A stretch of DNA of 64,000 nt from NCBI GenBank assembly GCA_002269645.1, contig NIVC01000850.1, positions 310,001 through 374,000 of the forward strand, in the 5' to 3' direction. Positions 57,035-64,000 of the stretch are shown here, piece after piece. Below the pieces are notes generated by a model. The model saw only the letters and a program-made list of their open reading frames with translations, was not told the origin of the DNA and made no database searches. This DNA is from Macrostomum lignano. Lineage: Eukaryota. The position numbers and the translations under genes are program-made. The number at the start of each line of letters is the position of its first letter. The stretch's first letter is position 1.

Positions 57035-58059
57035 TGTCTATTTGTGTTTTTTGAATTTTTTAGATTTTACATACTATCAGATTGTTGAATTTCGATGCTG
57101 GAGTTTCTGCTTTTAAATTTGGCATTTTACGAGGCACAGGATTGTCTTGTATGAAATGTTTCGATTTAAACATATCTTCTTTCGCTTGCGCAAAGTTCTG
57201 CTTTCAAACTTCCAAGCAGTCATATCAAGAAATAGCGCTGATAACTGTAATCAGTGCGACGGTTGGATGCCCTGTGATGTCGCACCATTTCATAGCTCAG
57301 TCTCAATATCACTAATCTTTCATCTTGTAATTAGCATTATAGCGAACCAAATAGGAAAATATTTTAACCGATGAGTCACCATCTGATTAGCATAATTAAG
57401 CACTAGAGAGTATATAGAAATCCCATGCAATCAGCTGATTTTAGTATCAGTTTCTCCCTAATGTTTTTGCCGCCGGGGATGCGAGGGCACTAATCCCTCG
57501 CGGCTTTGGCTGGCAACGATAAAAACTGTAAAAAATCGAAAGCCGTCACAGTCGCGCAGGCCCATTATCAACTGGGGTGTTCCTCTACCCCCAGTTTTCT
57601 AGGAAAGCTCTGGGAAAAAAGCTGACCAATATGTAGAAAGCGACATCACGGAGGGATCAATTTATGCGACAAAGCAGCTGTGAGGGAGAGAAGATAATGA
57701 AAGTCTGAGGGGGGGGGGGGGTTGGGGCTGCAGTGAGTAAGCCAAAGGATGCTGATGGAGTCGATGCTCAAGTCGAATTCCAGTTACGCATCATGCCCAA
57801 ACTCGAACTGGCGGATTGGAAAGACAATTGCGTAATCGGAAGGGTGAGGTGGTTGGGTTGGGGGGAGGATTTTCCCGATGCTCGAGTGACCGCAGATAAC
57901 ACGCCGGGGGATCCAAGATTACTCGATGGGTGACGGAGGCTGAGGCGCAGTGCAGGAATTGATTGAATTGCAAATGCCAAAAATTAGAATTGCCTAATTC
58001 TTGGGGAATATAATTTGCTTAGAAAAACTACAGACTGATGACATTGGACCGCCCGCGTT

Positions 58060-58330
58060 ATTCCCTCCGGAATCCCCTTCTTTTCCATCGGAATCCGCCC
58101 CATTCCCTCCGGAATCCACCCCTATTTACTCTGGAATCCGCCCCTCATTTTCATCCGAAATCCGCCCCTTTTGCTCTGGAATCCTCCCCTCATTCCCTCC
58201 GGAATCCGCCTCTCATTTCCTCCGGAATCCGCCTCTCATTTCCTCCGGAATCCGTCCCTCATTTCCTCCGGAATCCGCCCCTCATTTCCTCCGGAATCCG
58301 CCCCTCATTTCCTCCGGAATCCGCCCCTCC
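58060..58330. repeat. 23-bp minisatellite (CCGGAATCCGCCCCTCATTTCCT)
   Basis: Direct periodicity. Confidence 0.9.
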
Positions 58331-58414
58331 TACCCACTCCTCCTAATCCACACTAATCCACCTAATCACACACTCTAATCACTTCAATTCACTCCTAAAT
58401 CGCCAAACCCACAG

Positions 58415-58723
58415 CTGACTGCCACGGACGAAGACAAGAACCATGACTTCAAATTCGCGCTGGAAACCACCACTCCGGAGGAAGCCAGGCGCCATTTTGG
58501 GGTGCAGCCCAGCGGCCGGGTGGTTGTGCTTAATTCGCTGGATTACGAGTTTCAGCGCCAGTTTAATCTGCACCTCAAAGTTTACGAGGGCGAACTGACA
58601 GACACAGCGATTCTGAAAGTGACAGTCACCGATGTCAACGACAACCCGCCGCAGTACAAGGAGACCGCGCCACTGGAGCTCGATGAGGAGAGCAAATCAG
58701 GCGTTATGGTCGGAGAAGTGCAG
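58415..58723 (+). CDS. Protocadherin coding exon 2 (EC3 and start of EC4)
   Basis: Acceptor CCACAG| at 58414; the phase-0 join gives PENTLIGATIFN|LTATDEDKN; LDYE and VTDVNDNPPQY motifs; donor CAG|GTGCGT at 58724. Confidence 0.92.
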
Positions 58724-58739
58724 GTGCGTGCCGTCCCAG

Positions 58740-59436
58740 ACCTTGCCATTCCCGAATCTTCCATTCCCGAATCTGCTATTTCTGAATCTGCCATTTCTGA
58801 ATCTGTCATTCCCGAATCTGCTATTTCTGAATCTGCCATTCCCGAATCTGCTATTTCTGAATCTGCCATTCCCGAATCTTCCATTCCCGAATCTGCTATT
58901 TCTGAATCTGCCATTCCCGAATCTGCCATTCCCGAATCTGCCATTCCCGAATCTGCCATTCCCGAATCTGCCATTCCCGAATCTGCCATTCCCGAATCTA
59001 CCATTCTCGAATCTGCCATTCCCGAATCTGCCATTCCCGAATCTGCCATTCCCGAATCTGCCATTCCCGAATCTGCCATTCCCGAATCTGCTATTACCGA
59101 ATCTGCGATCCCAAATTAGAATTTCTGTCATTCCCGAATCTGCCATTCCCGAATCTGCCATTCCTGAATCTGCCATTTTTAAATCTGCCATTCCTGAATC
59201 TGCCATTCCCGAATCTGCCATTCCCGAATCTGCCATTCCCGAATCTGCCATTCCCGAATCTGCCATTCCCGAATCTGCCATTCCCGAATCTGCCATTCCC
59301 GAATCTGCCATTCCCGAATCTGCTATTTCTGAATCTGCCATTTCTGAATCTGTCATTCCCGAATCTGCTATTTCTGAATCTGCCATTCCCGAATCTGCCA
59401 TTCCTGAATCTGCCATTCCCGAATCTGCCATTCCGC
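58740..59436. repeat. 15-bp minisatellite (GAATCTGCCATTCCC) forming nearly all of protocadherin intron 58724-59438
   Basis: Direct; source of the ESAIP, NLPFP and MADSG ORFs. Confidence 0.95.
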
Positions 59437-59438
59437 AG

Positions 59439-60123
59439 GTGTCGGACCGGGACTCCGGCGAAGGCGGCCGGTTCGAATGCGAAACGGCTTCCCAGCATTC
59501 AAACTCGGAATCCCGTTTGAAGTTCGTCCAGAACCCGGACAGCGGTCCGGGCTATTACAAAATCTTCGCCATGGCAATCATCGACCGCGAAGTAGATCCC
59601 ACCGTCACCGGCACTCTCACCTGCTGGGACCTGGGTCAGCCCCGGCTCACCAGCACCTTCACCGCCACAGTCGTCATCCGGGATAAGAATGACAACTCGC
59701 CCGTGTTCAACAACGTCGGTTCCACCGGAGTCATCCAGGCGGAGCTCTCCGAGAACAACGAAGCGAATAAAAAATTCTATCAGCTGTCAGCCAGCGACAT
59801 GGATGAAGGCGAGAACTCCCGCCTGACCTACAGACTGGCGGCGGGATCGCGTCACTCGGACATCTTCTCGATTGAACCGGACACCGGCTTCATTCTGGCG
59901 AAGGTTCCACTGGACAGGGAGCTGAAGGACAGCTACGAGCTGCTGGTGGTGGCCTCCGACAACGGATATGAGCCAAGAAGCGGCTCGGCTACAGTTCGAG
60001 TTCAGGTGAAGGATGAGAATGACAACCCGCCCCGGTTCACCAGCCAGGTTGGCTTTCAGATTGAAGAGAATCAGGAGCCTGGGCAGGTGCTGGGGCGCCT
60101 GACTGCGGAGGATCCCGATCTTG
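59439..60123 (+). CDS. Protocadherin coding exon 3 (EC4, EC5 and start of EC6)
   Basis: Acceptor CCGCAG| at 59438; join GEVQ|VSDRDSG; IDRE, IRDKNDNSPVF, ASDMDEGEN, LDRE and VKDENDNPPRF motifs; donor G|GTGAGC at 60124. Confidence 0.95.
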
Positions 60124-60164
60124 GTGAGCAATTGCAGTGCCGAATCTGACATCTCGAGAAAAAA

Positions 60165-60640
60165 TTGAAATCCCAAATATCAAAATCCTGAAGCTAGAAT
60201 CTTGAATCCAAAATCCCAAATCCCGAATCTAGAATCCCGAATCCCGAATCCCGAATCCAGAATCCCGAATCTAGAATCCTGAATACAGAATCCCGAATCC
60301 CGAATCTAGAATCCCGAATCTCGAATCTAGAATCCCGAATCCCGAATCTAGAATTTCGAATCCCGAAACTAGAATCCCGAATCCCGAATCTAGAATCCCG
60401 AATCTAGAATCCCGAATCCCGAATCCAGAAACCAGAATCCAGAATCCCGAATCCCGAGTCTAGAATCCTGAATACAGAATCCCGAATCCCGAATCTAGAA
60501 TGCCGAATCTAGAATCCTGAATACAGAATCCCGAATCCCGAATCTAAAATCCCGAATCCCGAATTTAGAATCCCGAATCCCGAATCTAAAACCCCGAATC
60601 TAGAATCCCGAATCCCGAATCCTGAATCCAGAATCCCGAA
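60165..60640. repeat. 7-bp minisatellite (GAATCCC / GAATCTA) in intron 60124-60682
   Basis: Direct. Confidence 0.92.
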
Positions 60641-60682
60641 ATGACGCATCTAAAATCCTTGGTCTCCAACTTCGCCACTCAG

Positions 60683-61188
60683 GTCCCGCCGGCCAGGTGC
60701 AATTCCTGCAGCTCAACAGCCGCTACAGGCACCTGTTCACTCTCGACGAAGGCGGCACCCTTCGCACCAACGCCAAGTTCGACCGCGAGGCCGTATCGTC
60801 CTACACAATCCAGGTTCGAGCTCAGGACCGTGGCAGTCAGCCTCTTAAGACAGATCGCGAAGTTGTGATTCGAATCCTAGACGTGAACGATCAAGCACCG
60901 GTGATTGTCTCACCTGGCAACAATAGCCAGCCAACGAAGATTAGCATCTACACTCACCGGGTGGGCTCGCTGGTGATGCGAGTTCGAGCTGAGGACGGAG
61001 ATGACGGTCTCAACGGCCAGATCGTGTACAGCCTCACGCAGCAGCAGGCCAGGAACAAGTTCAGCATCGACGCCAGCACTGGGGAAATTCGAGTGGCCCA
61101 ACCGCTTGACTTGGCTGACCTGAACCGCTACAAACTCATGGTGCAGGCCAGAGACTGCGCCCCAACCAATCCCAAGTCAGAGGCCAAG
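60683..61188 (+). CDS. Protocadherin coding exon 4 (EC6 and most of EC7); the gene continues beyond the window
   Basis: Acceptor ACTCAG| at 60682; phase-1 join AEDPDLG|PAGQVQF; FDRE, AQDRG, ILDVNDQAP and AEDGDDGLNGQIVY motifs; donor AAG|GTGAGT at 61189. No transmembrane exon seen up to 64000. Confidence 0.95.
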
Positions 61189-61224
61189 GTGAGTCGCTTG
61201 AAATTGTGAAGAGCCACAGCGTTT

Positions 61225-61858
61225 CTTCAGTGACAGATTCGCCATTTCCGCCCCCAATGAAACAAAAACCTCCGTTCCTTCAGTGCCACATCCGCCATTT
61301 CCACCCCAATGAAACAACAACCTCCGTTTCTTCAGTGCCACATCCGCCATTTCCACCCCAATGAAACAACAACCTCCGTTTCTTCAGTGCCACATCCGCC
61401 ATTTCCACCCCAATGAAACAACAACCTCCGTTTCTTCAGTGCCACATCCGCCATTTCCACCCCAATGAAACAACAACCTCCGTTTCTTCAGTGCCACATC
61501 CGCCATTTCCACTCCAATGAAACAACAACCTCCGTTTCTTCAGTGCCACATCCGCCATTTCCACCCCAATGAAACAACAACCTCCGTTTCTTCAGTGCCA
61601 CATCCGCCATTTCCACCCCAATGAAACAACAACCTCCGTTTCTTCAGTGCCACATCCGCCATTTCCACTCCAATGAAACAACAACCTCCGTTTCTTCAGT
61701 GCCACATCCGCCATTTCCACTCCAATGAAACAACAACCTCCGTTTCTTCAGTGCCACATCCGCCATTTCCACCCCAATGAAACAACAACCTCCGTTTCTT
61801 CAGTGCCACATCCGCCATTTCCACCCCAATGAAACAAAAACTTCCGTTCCCTCAGCGA
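61225..61858. repeat. 52-bp minisatellite (AATGAAACAACAACCTCCGTTTCTTCAGTGCCACATCCGCCATTTCCACCCC), about 12 copies
   Basis: Period 52 (61308 to 61360). Confidence 0.95.
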
Positions 61859-62534
61859 CAGATCTGATCAATTCAGATCACTTTATAAACAATCTTCGAA
61901 GGCGCGAGTTTCTGATCAGATTTCATTCTCGAGGACCAAATTCCTACAGAAAAATGCAAATAGCACAAGAATTCCAAACTCTTATTCGTATAAAGGATAC
62001 TGACCACTCGAAAGCATTCCTTTCTCTATTAGTCAATTCATAAATCATTGAACAGAAATATTTTGGTCAAGCGGTCTTCGCTTTTAGATAAATCTCCGAT
62101 CATGAACCCCCTGAATGGAAACTTAGGAGAGATTTTTTTACGTTAAATTGCGTAACTTTGACGAGCAACCACCCCGCTGGCTGCCTGCCTCCCTGCCTCA
62201 TCCTTCTTGAATTCCACAATCTGCCTTCCATGAGTGTCCAGCATTCCTACTATGCAATGCCAGTTGCGCAACAAATACTTCTACTCAGCCTCTTGAGCAC
62301 GTCCATATACGACACACGAGTGCGCGCCTGTGTATTGTCTGAGAAAACAATGCGCGAAATGAGCATGCAGCAACGAACCCCTTAACGAACGACGTTCTGA
62401 AGCAGTCAGTCTAGGCAACGAAAACTTTATTTTACCTGGAAGTTAAGTCTGCTTTCTAAAGAATTATGAAATAAAGCTTTTGTTGCCTTTAAATTTGTGG
62501 CGAAAAGTGACGTCAATGTTGGTGCGATGCTCAA

Positions 62535-64000
62535 GAGGTGACATCAGACTTGTGGAATCCATCAGAAGTGACATCAGACTTGTGGATCCTTCAGAAGTGA
62601 CATCAGACTTGTGGAATCCATCAGAAGTGACATCAGACTTGTGGAATCCTTCAGAAGTGACATTAGACTTGTGGAATCCTTCAGAAGTGACATCAGACTT
62701 GTGGAATCCATCAGAAGTGACATCAGACTTGTGGAATCCTTCAGAAGTGACATCAGGCTTGTGGAATCCTTCAGAAGTGACATCAGGCTTGTGGAATCCT
62801 TCAGAAGTGACATTAGACTTGTGGAATCCTTCAGAAGTGACATCAGACTTGTGGAATCCTTCAGAAGTGACATCAGGCTTGTGGAATCCTTCAGAAGTGA
62901 CATCAGGCTTGTGGAATCTTTCAGAAGTGACATCAGGCTTGTGGAATCTTTCAGAAGTGACATCAGACTTGTGGAATCCTTCAGAAGTGACATCAGGTTT
63001 GGGGAATCCTTCAGAAGTGATATCAAGCTTGTGGTATCCTTCAGAAGTGACATCAGACTTGTGGAATCCTTCAGAAGTGACATCAGACTTGTGGAATCCT
63101 TCAGAAGTGACATCAGACTTGTGGAATCCTTCAGAAGTGACATCAGGTTTGGGGAATCCTTCAGAAGTGACATCAGACTTGTGGAATCCTTCAGAAGTGA
63201 CATCAGACTTGTGGAATCCATCAGAAGTGATTCCAGACTTGCGGAATCCATCAGAAGTGACATCAGGCTTGTGGAATCCATCAGAAGTGACATCAGACTT
63301 GTGGAATCCTTCAGAAGTGACATCAGGCTTGTGGAATCCATCAGAAGTGACATCAGGCTTGTGGAATCCATCAGAAGTGACATCAGACTTGTGGAATCCT
63401 TCAGAAGTGACATCAGGCTTGTGGAATCCATCAGAAGTGACATCAGACTTGTGGAATCCATCAGAAGTGACATCAGACTTGTGGAATCCTTCAGAAGTGA
63501 CATCAGACTTGTGGAATCCTTCAGAAGTGACATCAGACTTGTGGAATCCTTCAGAAGTGACATCAGGCTTGTGGAATCCATCAGAAGTGACATCAGACTT
63601 GTGGAATCCATCAGAAGTGACATCAGACTTGTGGAATCCTTCAGAAGTGACATCAGACTTGTGGAATCCTTCAAAAGTGACATCAGGCTTGTGGAATCCA
63701 TCAGAAGTGACATCAGACTTGTGGAATCCATCAGAAGTGACATCAGACTTGTGGAATCCATCAGAAGTGACATCAGGCTTGTGGAATCCATCAGAAGTGA
63801 CATCAGACTTGTGGAATCCATCAGAAGTGACATCAGACTTGTGGAATCCTTCAGAAGTGACATCAGACTTGTGAATCCTTCAGAAGTGACATCAGACTTG
63901 TGGAATCCTTCAGAAGTGACATCAGGCTTGTGGAATCCATCAGAAGTGACATCAGACTTGTGGAATCCATCAGAAGTGACATCAGACTTGTGGAATCCAT
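62535..64000. repeat. 30-bp minisatellite (TCAGAAGTGACATCAGACTTGTGGAATCCT) running off the window
   Basis: Direct; source of the SEVTSDLWNP and MSLLKDSTSL ORFs. Confidence 0.95.

Noticed and set aside
57733-57933. ORF VSKPKDADGVDAQVEFQL as a cadherin exon
   Set aside because: Superficially DxD-like, but it has no phase-compatible acceptor, and 44800 joins 58415 directly to give a complete canonical EC3.
62480-63874. 464-aa and 429-aa repeat ORFs as the protocadherin tail or a separate repeat protein
   Set aside because: The 30-bp array is open on both strands; no splice acceptor or transmembrane segment links it to the gene.

Overview
Eukaryotic (animal) genomic DNA with spliceosomal GT-AG introns. 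Roughly 45-50% of the window is tandem repeat (my hand tally: about 30 kb in about 45 arrays). The style, with GC-rich exons embedded in introns packed with unrelated minisatellites, resembles the flatworm Macrostomum; this is an inference and was not tested. Two protein-coding genes are supported, both on the + strand and both cut by the window edges. (1) The 3' part of POP1 (RNase P/MRP protein subunit): exons <1-328, 2203-2702 and 3929-4842, which splice in frame. (2) A delta-type protocadherin with a signal peptide and at least 7 cadherin repeats: coding exons 43943-44800, 58415-58723, 59439-60123 and 60683-61188, continuing beyond the window. Between them lie a tandem segmental duplication (about 4.95-15.9 kb) containing a foldback-like inverted structure, many micro- and minisatellites, and a cluster of CRE/E-box palindromes. 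Two inverted copies of a tRNA-headed, CORE-like SINE bracket the first protocadherin coding exon. Almost all long ORFs in the supplied track are repeat read-through artefacts. There is no CRISPR array, rRNA, intact tRNA or transposase/RT gene. The most interesting signals are in the repeats: four different arrays carry the telomeric hexamer TTAGGG, many share a GAATC core, and several appear to build or mimic splice signals.
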